Assembly: GCA_049322915.1 (NCBI GenBank)
Contig: JBMOPW010000032.1
Coordinates: 96,001 to 160,000, forward strand
Origin: Candidatus Zhuqueibacterota bacterium
GTDB lineage: Bacteria; Zhuqueibacterota; Zhuqueibacteria; Thermofontimicrobiales; Thermofontimicrobiaceae
DNA: 64,000 nucleotides
Reading direction: 5' to 3'
Shown here: positions 19,773-30,130 of the stretch, in pieces
Numbering within the stretch: position 1 is the first letter of the stretch
How the letters are laid out: every line of letters starts with the position of its first letter
Made by a program: the position numbers and the translations under genes
The notes under the pieces: generated by a model
Database searches by the model: none
What the model was told of the DNA's origin: nothing
Seen by the model: the letters and a program-made list of their open reading frames with translations, nothing else

Positions 19773-20040
19773 GAATTTCTTCGTTGAAATCAATAAAGCC
19801 AATTTCGAAAAATTATTGTTGCAGCGTTACAGTCACATTACGATGCGGTGATATTTCTGCGTCAACAGGTGGGAAAAATTTTAGATTTAGTCATTGATCT
19901 TTTCAGCGAAAATAGTATATTGAATGATCGATATGGGTTCCGCCATATCTGCGCTTTCAACGGGGCAGACGGGCGAACTGCTCCGTTGACTGGAGTGTAT
20001 GAAGACAGTAAAAATTGAAATCATGAAAAGGATAGTGAGC

Positions 20041-21156
20041 ATGCTGAATCTGAAACAGATTGTGAAACCGACTTTGTTAATCGATAAAACACGGGCGTTG
20101 GAAAACATCAAACGAATGATGGAAAAAGCCAGGCTCAGCAACGTCCGCTTTCGGCCGCATTTCAAGACGCATCAATCAGCCGCTATTGGGCAGTGGTTTT
20201 CGGAGAGCGGCGTGGAAGCGATCACGGTGTCGTCCGTGGAGATGGCCGGCTACTTTGCGGCGCATGGCTGGAACAATATTACGATTGCCTTTCCGGCCAA
20301 CATCCGCGAGATCGACGCAATAAACGCGCTGGCGAAAAAAGTCTCGTTGGGATTGCTGGTCGAATCCATGGAATCGATTGTTTTTTTGGAGACCAATCTG
20401 ACGGCTCCGGTGGATATCTGGCTGAAAATTGATGTCGGTTTATTTCGCACCGGTATCAACTGGGATCGGGTTGCGGAGGCATTCAACCTGATTGAGAAAA
20501 TGACAGGCAGCGCAGTTCTTCATTTCAAAGGACTGCTCACTCATGCCGGGCATACCTATCAGGCCGAATCAACCGATCGCATTCGGGAGATTTACGCTGA
20601 TACAGTGGCGCGGCTCCAATCGATGAAATCGGGGCTGGCCCGGAAAGGAGTGAACCGTCTGGAGCTCTCCCTGGGCGATACGCCCTCATGTCGTCTTGTT
20701 GAGAATATTGCGGGTGTGGATGAAATTCGTCCCGGCAATTTCGTTTTTTATGATGCCATGCAACTCAATCTCGGCGTCTGCGATGAGACCGATATTGCAG
20801 TGGCTGTTGCCTGTCCCATTGTCGCCAAACATCCGGCGCGGAATGAAGTGGTGATTTACGGCGGGGCGGTTCACCTGTCCAAAGACAGTCTCGTGGATCG
20901 GCGCGGCCAAAAAATATTTGGCTATGTGGCCATGCTGCACGAACGCGGCTGGAGCTCTATGATCCCTTCCGCTTATGTTTCCTCGATTTCCCAGGAGCAT
21001 GGTGTGGTGACTGCGCCAGACCCGGTCATGAAAAATCTGAGCATTGGCGACCTGATTGCGGTTATCCCGGTTCATTCCTGCCTCGTCATCAATCTGCTCA
21101 GGGATTACCTGTCAACCGATGGTATAATCCTGACCACAATGAGTTCACGGGAATGA
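20041..21156 (+). CDS. Fold type III PLP enzyme (D-threonine aldolase/DSD1-like)
   Basis: PTLLID, RPHFKTH, RTG, HAGHTY, EIRPGNFVFYD, SQEHG, PVHSCL. Start uncertain (track 19999). Confidence 0.85.
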   Translation: MLNLKQIVKPTLLIDKTRALENIKRMMEKARLSNVRFRPHFKTHQSAAIGQWFSESGVEAITVSSVEMAGYFAAHGWNNITIAFPANIREIDAINALAKKVSLGLLVESMESIVFLETNLTAPVDIWLKIDVGLFRTGINWDRVAEAFNLIEKMTGSAVLHFKGLLTHAGHTYQAESTDRIREIYADTVARLQSMKSGLARKGVNRLELSLGDTPSCRLVENIAGVDEIRPGNFVFYDAMQLNLGVCDETDIAVAVACPIVAKHPARNEVVIYGGAVHLSKDSLVDRRGQKIFGYVAMLHERGWSSMIPSAYVSSISQEHGVVTAPDPVMKNLSIGDLIAVIPVHSCLVINLLRDYLSTDGIILTTMSSRE

Positions 21157-21192
21157 TCCATCATGTCTCTGAAAAAAATTCAAAAATAATGC

Positions 21193-21221
21193 TTGACTTT
21201 TTGGAATTGATGCTGTATATT
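21193..21221 (+). promoter_or_regulatory. sigma70-like promoter of the rrf2-suf block
   Basis: TTGACT (21193-98), 17 nt, TATATT (21216-21). Confidence 0.7.
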
Positions 21222-21231
21222 CAGGTTGAAT

Positions 21232-21254
21232 ATAAGACTAAAATAGTCTGGTAT
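21232..21254. promoter_or_regulatory. Putative Rrf2/IscR-type operator, box 1
   Basis: ATAAGACTAAAATAGTCTGGTAT, AGACT-N5-AGTCT dyad; repeated at 21293 and 22362. Confidence 0.75.
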
Positions 21255-21292
21255 GAACCAGGCGAAAAATAAACATATTTTTTTTTATTAAA

Positions 21293-21315
21293 ATAAGACT
21301 GATAAAGTCTGGTAT
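21293..21315. promoter_or_regulatory. Putative Rrf2/IscR-type operator, box 2
   Basis: ATAAGACTGATAAAGTCTGGTAT, 20/23 identical to box 1, just before the rrf2 start. Confidence 0.75.
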
Positions 21316-21319
21316 TTGC

Positions 21320-21736
21320 ATGATGCGATTGAGTAAAAAAGTCGAATATGGCCTGATTGCCCTCGAATACATGTCGGAAAAGAGGTATGGTGAATTGACG
21401 ACTGCCAGAGAGCTCGCGGATAAATTCAATATTTCATTGGAACTGATGATGAAAATTCTGCAGAGCCTGGTTCGGAGTGCACTGATTGTTTCGGTGCAGG
21501 GAGTGCGTGGCGGCTACTACCTGGAAAAATCGACGTCGGACATCAACATGAGCGAAATCATCGCTGCGATAGACGGGCCTTTTCGACTTGTGGATTGCAT
21601 CAAAAGCAGCGGACCGTCGAAATGTGGCCGTGATAAATATTGCCACATCCGAAAACCGTTGGAGAATATTCAGGCGAAGCTGGAAGATTTTTTCAATGAA
21701 ATTTCATTGAAAGATTTTAACGAGAAATTCAAATGA
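21320..21736 (+). CDS. Rrf2-family (IscR-like) Fe-S regulator
   Basis: RLSKKVEYGL, SVQGVRGGYYL, three Cys (DCIKSSGPSKCGRDKYC); heads the suf operon. Confidence 0.9.
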   Translation: MMRLSKKVEYGLIALEYMSEKRYGELTTARELADKFNISLELMMKILQSLVRSALIVSVQGVRGGYYLEKSTSDINMSEIIAAIDGPFRLVDCIKSSGPSKCGRDKYCHIRKPLENIQAKLEDFFNEISLKDFNEKFK

Positions 21737-21747
21737 GGAGTTGATAC

Positions 21748-22305
21748 GTGGCGCGAACCCTTTCGAACATGATGGCATTGGGAACCCTTGCACCAGATTT
21801 CCTATTGCCCGATGTGGTGACGGATACAGAAAAATCCCTGGCCGAGCTAAAATCAGAGAAAGCAACTGTCATCATGTTCATCTGCAATCACTGCCCGTTT
21901 GTGAAACATGTTCAGAGCGGGATCGTGCAACTGGCCCGGGATTATCTTCCGCGAGGCGTTTCGTTCGTTGCCATCAATTCGAACGATGTCGGGGCTTACC
22001 CGGACGATTCGCCTGAGAACATGAAAGCGGTTGCGAAGAAATTCGGCTATCCCTTTCCCTATTTATTTGACGAGAGTCAGGAAGTCGCCAGAGCGTACGA
22101 CGCTGCCTGCACGCCGGATTTTTATATTTTCGACAGCGAGCTAAAATGTGTCTACCGCGGTCAAATGGACGGCTCCCGCCCGGAGAATTCTGTCCCTGTC
22201 ACCGGGAGCGATCTCCGCAGGGCGCTGGATGCAATGTTAGCCGGCCGGCCGGTCGACGCCAATCAATTGCCGAGTCTCGGCTGTAACATCAAATGGAAGT
22301 CATGA
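21748..22305 (+). CDS. Thioredoxin-fold AhpC/TSA (Prx-like) protein
   Basis: APDFLLPD, FICNHCPFV, AACTPDF, YRGQMD, GCNIKW. Confidence 0.88.
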   Translation: MARTLSNMMALGTLAPDFLLPDVVTDTEKSLAELKSEKATVIMFICNHCPFVKHVQSGIVQLARDYLPRGVSFVAINSNDVGAYPDDSPENMKAVAKKFGYPFPYLFDESQEVARAYDAACTPDFYIFDSELKCVYRGQMDGSRPENSVPVTGSDLRRALDAMLAGRPVDANQLPSLGCNIKWKS

Positions 22306-22361
22306 GCGATGGGACGCCTGTGTGGACTCATCAATGGAAGTCATTTTTTTAAAGCGCAAAT

Positions 22362-22384
22362 ATAAGACAAAATTAGTCCAACAT
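22362..22384. promoter_or_regulatory. Putative Rrf2/IscR-type operator, box 3
   Basis: ATAAGACAAAATTAGTCCAACAT, GAC-N7-GTC core, upstream of DUF59-sufC. Confidence 0.6.
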
Positions 22385-22416
22385 GGACTGTTGATTCATT
22401 AAAATCAGGAAAGAAA

Positions 22417-22719
22417 ATGCTGACCCAGGAAAAAGTGATGGCGGTCCTGTCCGATGTGTATGATCCCGAACTGATGGTTAGTATCGTTGATCTCGGCCTT
22501 GTGTACGGCGTCCGGATCGGGGAACGAATGGTAACAATCGAAATGACCCTGACATCTGTCGGGTGTCCTGCCGGCGAGATGCTGGAGCGGGACATTAGAA
22601 AGCATCTCAGAGAACTGCCAGGCATCGAAGCCGTGGAAGTAGAGTTCGTCTGGGATCCACCCTGGGAGCCGTCGATGATGACGGAAGAAGCCCGGCTGGA
22701 ATTGGGATATGATATTTGA
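22417..22719 (+). CDS. DUF59 (SufT/PaaD-like) Fe-S assembly protein
   Basis: VYDPEL..SIVDLGLVY, MTLTSVGCP, VWDPPW. Confidence 0.9.
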   Translation: MLTQEKVMAVLSDVYDPELMVSIVDLGLVYGVRIGERMVTIEMTLTSVGCPAGEMLERDIRKHLRELPGIEAVEVEFVWDPPWEPSMMTEEARLELGYDI

Positions 22720-22750
22720 AAATCAATCAATTGTAAAGGAGAGAGTCACC

Positions 22751-23539
22751 ATGAATAACGGACATACTTTGAAAATAGAGAACTTGTATGCGCGGATCGA
22801 TGGGAAGGAGATTTTACGCGGCATCAACCTGACAACGCGGACTGGTGAAGTTCACGCGCTGATGGGTCCCAATGGTTCAGGCAAAAGTACGCTGGCGAAT
22901 GTGCTGATGGGTCACCCCAAATACGATGTCACTGATGGAAAAATACTCATCGATGACGTGAATGTGCTGGAATTGCCGGCAAATGAGCGGGCATTGATGG
23001 GGCTGTTTTTGGCGTTCCAATATCCGGTGGAAATTTCTGGCGTGACGGTCGCTAAATTTTTGAAGCGAGCCGTGGAAGCCCGGCGAGCGTTTTCCGGCAA
23101 TGGACAGAAATTAAATGTTTCCGGCTATATCAAAGAGTTGAAAGAGAATGTTGACTTTTTGGAGATGGACAAGAATTTTGTGAATCGCTATTTGAATGAA
23201 GGATTCTCCGGCGGCGAGAAAAAGCGAATGGAAGTACTGCAGATGCTGATGCTGAAACCGAAATTTGTGGTGCTGGACGAGACCGATTCCGGGCTGGATA
23301 TCGACGCGATAAAGGTTGTTTCCAAAGGGGTGAATAAACTGCGCGGACCTCAGCTCAGTGCATTGATCATCACCCACTATCAGCGCATTTTAAATTACGT
23401 CTCTCCGGACTTCGTTCACATCATGTATCAGGGGAGAATTGTTACATCAGGCGGCCCGGAACTGGTGGGCGTGCTGGAAGAGAAAGGGTACGAATGGATC
23501 AAAACGAAATACGGCGTTGCTGAAATGAACGCAGTTTAA
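22751..23539 (+). CDS. sufC: Fe-S assembly ATPase SufC
   Basis: GPNGSGKST, FQYPVEI, GFSGGEKKR, LDETDSGLDID. Confidence 0.95.
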   Translation: MNNGHTLKIENLYARIDGKEILRGINLTTRTGEVHALMGPNGSGKSTLANVLMGHPKYDVTDGKILIDDVNVLELPANERALMGLFLAFQYPVEISGVTVAKFLKRAVEARRAFSGNGQKLNVSGYIKELKENVDFLEMDKNFVNRYLNEGFSGGEKKRMEVLQMLMLKPKFVVLDETDSGLDIDAIKVVSKGVNKLRGPQLSALIITHYQRILNYVSPDFVHIMYQGRIVTSGGPELVGVLEEKGYEWIKTKYGVAEMNAV

Positions 23540-23575
23540 GTCATTGACCTTTTTCGAATTCAAGGAGAAAATAAA

Positions 23576-24985
23576 ATGAACTCTCAGGAATTTAATATCG
23601 GAGTCGCTTCCGATACATATAAATATGGATTTCATGACCCGGAAACATCGGTGTTCAAAGCGCAAAAGGGGCTGAGTCGCGAGGTCGTTCAGCAAATATC
23701 TGCCCATAAAAATGAGCCGGAATGGATGAAAAATTTCAGGCTGCGAGCCCTGGAAATCTTTTGGAAGAAGTCCATGCCCAATTGGGGCGCAGATTTGTCT
23801 CGGATCAATTTTGATGAAATTTATTATTATGTGAAGCCAACGGAATTCCAGCAAAGAAGCTGGGATGATGTGCCGGAAACCATCAAAAACACGTTCGACA
23901 AATTGGGCATACCCGAAGCGGAACGAAAATTTTTGGCCGGCGTCGGCGCCCAGTACGATTCCGAGGTTGTGTATCACAATCTGAAAGAGGACCTGGCCAG
24001 GCAGGGCGTTATTTTCGTCGACCCGGAGACTGCGGTGCGGGAGTACCCGGATTTGGTCAAAGAATATTTCGGCACAGTGATTCCGCCATCCGACAATAAA
24101 TTTGCGGCGTTGAACAGTGCGGTGTGGTCCGGCGGCAGCTTTGTCTACGTGCCGCCCGGTGTGAAAGTCGAAGTGCCGCTTCAGGCCTATTTTCGGATTA
24201 ATGCCAAAAATATGGGACAGTTCGAGCGCACGCTCATCATCGCCGATGAAGGCAGTTTTGTCCATTATGTGGAAGGTTGCACCGCCCCGATTTACACAAC
24301 TGATTCCCTGCACAGCGCAGTGGTGGAAATCATCGCCAAGAAAGGGGCGCGCGTGCGGTATTCAACCATTCAAAACTGGTCCGGCGATGTGTACAATCTG
24401 GTGACCAAGCGGGCCATTGCCCACGAGAATGCAACGGTGGAATGGGTCGACGGCAACATCGGCAGCAAGGTGACGATGAAATATCCTTCGGTGTATCTGA
24501 TGGGGCAGGGAGCTCACGGAGAGATTTTATCCATCGCGTTTGCCGGCAGGGGCCAGCATCAGGATACCGGCGGAAAAGTCGTCCACGTCGCCGATAACAC
24601 GACCTCTGTCATCACATCAAAATCGATCAGCAAAGATGGCGGCCGCGCCGGGTATCGCGGGCTGTTGAAGGTCTACGAAGGACTGCATCATGTCAAATCC
24701 AATGTCGTGTGCGACGCGTTGATCCTGGACGAAAAATCGCGCAGCGACACCTATCCCTATATCGAAGTGAATGCGAATGATGTTTCCATCGAGCACGAAG
24801 CCAGAGTCAGTCGCATCAGCGAGGAGCAGTTGTTTTACCTGATGAGCCGGGGACTGAGCGAGCAGGAGGCGTCCATGATGATTGTGAATGGCTTTATCGA
24901 GCCGCTTGTCAAACAACTGCCCATGGAATACGCCGTCGAATTGAATCGGCTGATTGAACTGGAAATGGAAGGTTCGGTGGGTTAA
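23576..24985 (+). CDS. sufB: Fe-S assembly protein SufB
   Basis: [44 protein letters not shown]. Confidence 0.95.
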   Translation: MNSQEFNIGVASDTYKYGFHDPETSVFKAQKGLSREVVQQISAHKNEPEWMKNFRLRALEIFWKKSMPNWGADLSRINFDEIYYYVKPTEFQQRSWDDVPETIKNTFDKLGIPEAERKFLAGVGAQYDSEVVYHNLKEDLARQGVIFVDPETAVREYPDLVKEYFGTVIPPSDNKFAALNSAVWSGGSFVYVPPGVKVEVPLQAYFRINAKNMGQFERTLIIADEGSFVHYVEGCTAPIYTTDSLHSAVVEIIAKKGARVRYSTIQNWSGDVYNLVTKRAIAHENATVEWVDGNIGSKVTMKYPSVYLMGQGAHGEILSIAFAGRGQHQDTGGKVVHVADNTTSVITSKSISKDGGRAGYRGLLKVYEGLHHVKSNVVCDALILDEKSRSDTYPYIEVNANDVSIEHEARVSRISEEQLFYLMSRGLSEQEASMMIVNGFIEPLVKQLPMEYAVELNRLIELEMEGSVG

Positions 24986-25021
24986 ATAGCGCCCACTTCG
25001 TTAACAGAGGAGAATGAAATT

Positions 25022-26299
25022 ATGAACGATTATTTTTTCGATATAAAAATATTGAATGAATTGGTCAGCCGAAGATCAGAGCCGGGCTGGGTGAAGGATG
25101 CGCGCAACGCGGCGCTGACTCAATTCGTAAATCAGCCCTGGCCGGGCATCCGGGATGAGGAATGGCGGCGAACCAATATTTCGCACATCAATTTTCAGAG
25201 TTATGAAATTCTCAATGGATACAAAGATGCAGGGAAATCCGAGCCTGTCGATGAATTGCCCGGGAAAAGCGGTCTGGCCGAGTTTCGGGGACATCAGTGC
25301 ATCAGCGCGAAGATCAGAAAGAGCCTCGACGACCGAGGAGTCATTTTCACCACATTATCCGACGCCATGAATCGACACGCGGCATTGGTTCAGCGCTATC
25401 TGCCGGCCCAAAAGGAAGATGGCAAATTTGAAAGTCTGAATAAGAGCCTCTGGACTCACGGCGCGTTTTTATACGTGCCTGCTTTTGCTGAAATCAGCGA
25501 GCCGTTTCTACTTTCATTCCATGAAGCCGGAGCAAAGAGCGCCAGTTTTCCGAATGTGATGGTGATACTGGAAAAAGGCGCCCGGGCCGAGCTTCGCACC
25601 GACATTTCCAGTGAAGTGGGCCAGGAAATTTTTCGCAATGCCCTGGTTCATCTGTACGTGGAAGACGGTGCGGCGTTGAAGTATTTTGAATTTCAAAACC
25701 TTAACGACGCATCCCTGAATTTCTCCAATAACCATGCCCGTGTGGCCCGGGATGGAGAGATTCAATCGGTGGTCATCAATACCGGCAGCGCGCTGAGCAA
25801 GACTAATTTCAGGTGCGAGTTGCAGGGGCCTGGCGCCAATGCTCATGTCAATGGAATTTACTTTGCCAATCACAATCAGCATTTCGATTTGCGCACGGTG
25901 CAACACCATGAAGCGCCGCAGGCCGCGAGCAATTTGCTTTACAAAGGTGTGGTGAAAGATCGCGCGCACACAATCTATCAGGGCATGATAAAAGTCTTTC
26001 CGGATGCGCAGCAAACGGACGCGTATCAGTCCAACAAGAACCTTGTGCTGGACGACCATGCGCGAGCCGATTCCATCCCGGGCCTGGAAATTCAGGCCAA
26101 CGATGTGAAATGTAGCCACGGTTCCACGACAGGCCGGGTGAACGATGATGAAATCTTTTATCTCATGTCCCGGGGCATTTCACTGGACGAGGCCAGAAAA
26201 ATGATCATCAGCGGATTTTTCGAAGACGTTATCTTGAAGCTGCCAGCGGATTTGCAGGACGCTGTACGGGAACAATTGGAAACGAAATTAGAAAGTTGA
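25022..26299 (+). CDS. sufD: Fe-S assembly protein SufD
   Basis: EEWRRT, QQTDAYQ, PGLEIQANDVKCSHG, FYLMSRG. Confidence 0.92.
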   Translation: MNDYFFDIKILNELVSRRSEPGWVKDARNAALTQFVNQPWPGIRDEEWRRTNISHINFQSYEILNGYKDAGKSEPVDELPGKSGLAEFRGHQCISAKIRKSLDDRGVIFTTLSDAMNRHAALVQRYLPAQKEDGKFESLNKSLWTHGAFLYVPAFAEISEPFLLSFHEAGAKSASFPNVMVILEKGARAELRTDISSEVGQEIFRNALVHLYVEDGAALKYFEFQNLNDASLNFSNNHARVARDGEIQSVVINTGSALSKTNFRCELQGPGANAHVNGIYFANHNQHFDLRTVQHHEAPQAASNLLYKGVVKDRAHTIYQGMIKVFPDAQQTDAYQSNKNLVLDDHARADSIPGLEIQANDVKCSHGSTTGRVNDDEIFYLMSRGISLDEARKMIISGFFEDVILKLPADLQDAVREQLETKLES

Positions 26300-26306
26300 G
26301 GGACCC

Positions 26307-26618
26307 ATGGAGAATTGGATAAAAGCAATGCCTGTCGAAAATTTGAAATCCGGCAGTCAGCTTTTCGTGCACAACGGGAAACGCATTGCGCTGTTCAAAC
26401 TGGATGATGGCATCTTTGCGATTGACGATGAATGTTCCCATGCCAATGCCTCCCTTTCCGAAGGGTGGATTGAAGAGGGTCAGGTGGAATGTCCCCAGCA
26501 CGGCGCGCGGTTCGATATTCGCACCGGGAAGAATCTCCGGTTTCCGGCTGTCACCCCGGTCGCTGCGTATCCAACGAAGATCGTCGATGGATTTGTCTTT
26601 GTGAGTTTTGAAAATTGA
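26307..26618 (+). CDS. Rieske-type ferredoxin
   Basis: CSH...CPQHGARFD. Confidence 0.9.
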   Translation: MENWIKAMPVENLKSGSQLFVHNGKRIALFKLDDGIFAIDDECSHANASLSEGWIEEGQVECPQHGARFDIRTGKNLRFPAVTPVAAYPTKIVDGFVFVSFEN

Positions 26619-26672
26619 AAAGCGGGTCGAAATTAAAGTCAACTCATAAAAAAATTCCGGGCAGGCGAAGGA

Positions 26673-27956
26673 ATGGAAACAAACAGCACAACAGTACGGC
26701 GAAAGGTTAGCGAATCAGGATTAAATCCGGATGAACTGCGTCAGGATTTCCCGATCCTGTCGCGAAACATGTCCGCAGCAAAAAATAACGGACAGTTCAC
26801 GCGGCTCATCTATTTCGATAATGCCGCGACGACCCAGAAACCGCGGCAGGTGATAGAGGCGCTGGTTCGTTATTATGAAAATTCCAACGCCAATGTCCAT
26901 CGCGCGCTGCACACACTGGGCGAGGAGGCGACCGGGGCGTACGAGAAAAGCCGAAGGAAGGTGGCGTCGTTCATTCGCGCCAATTCCACTCGCGAAATCG
27001 TTTTCACGCGGGGAACCACGGAGTCCATCAATCTGGTAGCGACGGCATGGGGTCGGAAATTTCTTCAGGCCGGCGATGAAATAATACTGACGGAGATGGA
27101 GCATCATAGCAATTTGATTCCCTGGCAATTATTGGCCAAAGACAAAGGCGTCCGGCTGCGATTCATCCCGCTGCTGGAGAACGGCACGTTAAATTTTCGA
27201 AGTCTGGGAGAATTGCTGAATGAGCGGACAAAGCTCATCTCGCTGGTGCATGTTTCCAATGTGTTCGGGACAATTAATCCTGTCCGCGGATTGATTCGCA
27301 AGGCGCATCGGCGCGGCATTCCAGTGCTGCTGGATGGCGCGCAGAGTGTGCCGCATTTGCCGACAGATGTGCAGGAACTGGACTGCGACTTTTTAGCATT
27401 TTCAGGACATAAGATGTGCGGGCCAACCGGGATCGGTGTTTTGTACGCCAAAGAAAAATGGCTGGAGCAAATGGATCCATACCAGGGAGGCGGCGAAATG
27501 ATCAGTTCTGTATGGCTGGATCGTGCGACCTGGAATGAGTTGCCTTACAAATTCGAAGCCGGGACGCCGAACATTGCCGGAGCGATTGGATTGGGCGCCG
27601 CGATTGACTATCTATCCCGGTTGGGACTGGCCGGGATCACGCGCTACGAACAGGAGCTCACCACCTACGCCTCGTTGAAGCTGCACCGGATCGATGGCAT
27701 GAAGATATACGGCAAAGCGCCCGAGCGCAGCGGGATCATCTCATTCAATCTGGATGCCATTCACCCGCACGATATGGCGCAGTTCCTGAACAATACCGGG
27801 ATTGCGGTGCGCGCCGGCCATCACTGCGCGCAACCAGCCATGCGAAAATTGGGATTAGCGGCAACGACCCGCGCCAGTTTCTATTTTTACAACACATTCG
27901 AGGAAGTCGATATTTTCGTGGACGCAGTCAAAAAAGCAAAGGAGTTTTTTGCCTGA
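26673..27956 (+). CDS. sufS: Cysteine desulfurase SufS
   Basis: DNAATTQKP, MEHHSN, SGHKM, FEAGTP, RAGHHCAQP. Confidence 0.95.
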   Translation: METNSTTVRRKVSESGLNPDELRQDFPILSRNMSAAKNNGQFTRLIYFDNAATTQKPRQVIEALVRYYENSNANVHRALHTLGEEATGAYEKSRRKVASFIRANSTREIVFTRGTTESINLVATAWGRKFLQAGDEIILTEMEHHSNLIPWQLLAKDKGVRLRFIPLLENGTLNFRSLGELLNERTKLISLVHVSNVFGTINPVRGLIRKAHRRGIPVLLDGAQSVPHLPTDVQELDCDFLAFSGHKMCGPTGIGVLYAKEKWLEQMDPYQGGGEMISSVWLDRATWNELPYKFEAGTPNIAGAIGLGAAIDYLSRLGLAGITRYEQELTTYASLKLHRIDGMKIYGKAPERSGIISFNLDAIHPHDMAQFLNNTGIAVRAGHHCAQPAMRKLGLAATTRASFYFYNTFEEVDIFVDAVKKAKEFFA

Positions 27957-28387
27957 TGGAATTTGAGGATTTATACCAGGAAGTGATTTTGGATCACTAT
28001 CGGCATCCCCGTAACTTTGGGAGCACCGTGGCTCAGTGCATCCGGGTGGAACATGACAATCCTGTCTGCGGCGATCACATCGCGCTCATGCTCGTCATGA
28101 ACAGCGACGGCATTCTGGAGGACATCAAATTTGAAGGCGCCGGCTGCGCCATCAGTATGGCGTCGGCGTCGATGATGACCGAGGCGGTGAAGGACAAATC
28201 TGCAGACGACGTCCTGGCCATGATTCAGAAAATACTGCAATCCCTGCGCGGTGAAATCGCCTCTGATTTTCTCGATGAGCATGGCGATTTATCTGCATTG
28301 AAAGGGGTGGTCAAATTTCCCGTTCGCGTCAAATGCGCGACATTGGCCTGGCATGCGCTGAAGGATGCAATCAGTCTGAAAAAGTGA
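27956..28387 (+). CDS. sufU: SufU (NifU-family) sulfur-transfer protein
   Basis: LYQEVILDHY, NPVCGD, GCAISMAS, RVKCATL. Confidence 0.93.
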   Translation: MEFEDLYQEVILDHYRHPRNFGSTVAQCIRVEHDNPVCGDHIALMLVMNSDGILEDIKFEGAGCAISMASASMMTEAVKDKSADDVLAMIQKILQSLRGEIASDFLDEHGDLSALKGVVKFPVRVKCATLAWHALKDAISLKK

Positions 28388-28566
28388 AGCTGCCGTGGCG
28401 AGATGGACAGAAGCCGGTGGACTATTCCATGCCAGAGGCGGTGACGATGCGATTTCGTACCGTGAGGCAATATCCGCTCGCACGCCCGGGGCGCTTTTCA
28501 ATGACAAAGTCATTACTCAATAATTCGTTGAAGCAATCACCATGTACACGCAGAAAGGAATTCAAG

Positions 28567-29130
28567 ATGAAGTCGATTCAAATGACAGTTTTCATTTTGA
28601 TCGTCGTATTCATGACGATGCTGGTGCTGACCCCGAATTATGCACAGGAGAAAGCAGCGTCGGGTATGGCCATCAATGAGCACTTGAAACCGTTGCTGCC
28701 GTTCATTGGGAAAACCTGGAAGGGCGAGTTTGCCAATTCCACGCCGGAGAAACCAATGATCGACGTTCAGAGTTGGGAACTGATTTTAAATGGCCAGGCC
28801 ATCCGAATCATGCATTCCGTGAATGACGGCGCATACGGCGGAGAGAGCATCATCGTGTGGGATGCACAGAAAGAGAGCCTTGTCTATTTCTATTTCACAA
28901 CTGCGGGATTCTACACCCAGGGGACATTTTCTTTCGACGGGGAGAAATACATCAGCCATGAATTTGTGACCGGCAATGCCCAGGGCATCACCGAAGTGAA
29001 AGGGATTGGCGAAATTCTGGCGGACGGACGAATGCGCAGCAGCTCTCAATACCTGCAACAGGGCGCATGGGTGGATGGCCACACAATTCATTATGTCGAA
29101 GACGCTTCTGCCAGACCTGTTTTTAAATGA
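28567..29130 (+). CDS. Secreted hypothetical protein (beta-rich)
   Basis: AAGGA RBS, signal peptide ending NYA, LLPFIGKTWKG; no catalytic motif recognised. Track start 28333 overlaps sufU. Confidence 0.7.
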   Translation: MKSIQMTVFILIVVFMTMLVLTPNYAQEKAASGMAINEHLKPLLPFIGKTWKGEFANSTPEKPMIDVQSWELILNGQAIRIMHSVNDGAYGGESIIVWDAQKESLVYFYFTTAGFYTQGTFSFDGEKYISHEFVTGNAQGITEVKGIGEILADGRMRSSSQYLQQGAWVDGHTIHYVEDASARPVFK

Positions 29131-29209
29131 CGCAGGCTGAGATCATCGAACAGTCTCTCCGTCAGGAGGCTGGCTTGAATCAGAATATTTTGGAAAGAGT
29201 TACATTACC

Positions 29210-30064
29210 ATGAATAACTTCAGGGAAATAAAAACGACCCTCGATGCGAAGCCGACTCTGGAAGGCGCCGGGGTGAAACTGAACAGGGTGTTCGGGTTCA
29301 ACGAGGTGCCTGGATTGGACCCGTTCCTGCTGCTGGATGATTTTGGTTCAGATGACCCGCAGGATTACATCGCTGGTTTTCCGTGGCATCCGCATCGCGG
29401 GATTGAAACGGTGACGTATCTCCTGCACGGTGCGGTGGAACATGGCGACAGCATCGGGAATTCTGGAATAATCAATTCAGGGGATGTGCAGTGGATGACC
29501 GCCGGCAGTGGCATCATTCACCAGGAAATGCCCAAAAAGGTCAGCGGCACGATGCGCGGATTTCAGTTGTGGGTCAATCTGCCGGCATCCCATAAAATGA
29601 TTCATCCCCGCTACCAGGAAATTGGGACTGATCAGATTCCTGAGGTGGTTGTCGATGAACATGTCTCGGTGAAAATTATTGCCGGGCAGATGCATGGGAA
29701 AAAAGGCCCGGTTCGGGATTTGACCGTCGGGACAGAATTTTTCGATGTGACCATGGCGCCGAATTCGTCTTTTGAAATAGCAGTTTCAGAAGGCAGGACA
29801 TCCTTTGCGTACATCGTTTCCGGAGACGGCCATTTCCAGCCGGAGTCGGACCGGGTGCTTCGGCAGGGGCAACTTGTGCTGTACGATGATGGGGCGATGA
29901 TTAGCGTGCGGACTGCGGAGCATCCTGTCCGGTTCCTGCTCCTTTCCGGCGCTCCCCTGCGAGAGCCGGTTGCCTGGCTCGGGCCCATTGTGATGAACAG
30001 CCAGGAAGAACTGAATGTGGCGTTTCAGGAACTCCAAGCCGGGACATTCATTAAAAACAGGTGA
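29210..30064 (+). CDS. Pirin-family protein
   Basis: DPFLLLD, HPHRGIETVTY, WMTAGSGIIHQE, QLWVNLP, GPIVMN. Confidence 0.93.
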   Translation: MNNFREIKTTLDAKPTLEGAGVKLNRVFGFNEVPGLDPFLLLDDFGSDDPQDYIAGFPWHPHRGIETVTYLLHGAVEHGDSIGNSGIINSGDVQWMTAGSGIIHQEMPKKVSGTMRGFQLWVNLPASHKMIHPRYQEIGTDQIPEVVVDEHVSVKIIAGQMHGKKGPVRDLTVGTEFFDVTMAPNSSFEIAVSEGRTSFAYIVSGDGHFQPESDRVLRQGQLVLYDDGAMISVRTAEHPVRFLLLSGAPLREPVAWLGPIVMNSQEELNVAFQELQAGTFIKNR

Positions 30065-30130
30065 GGCCGCGTTCGCGCAACCCGGGGGCGCGTCGTTGAA
30101 AACATGGAAATGTAACCAGGAGGTGGTAAC

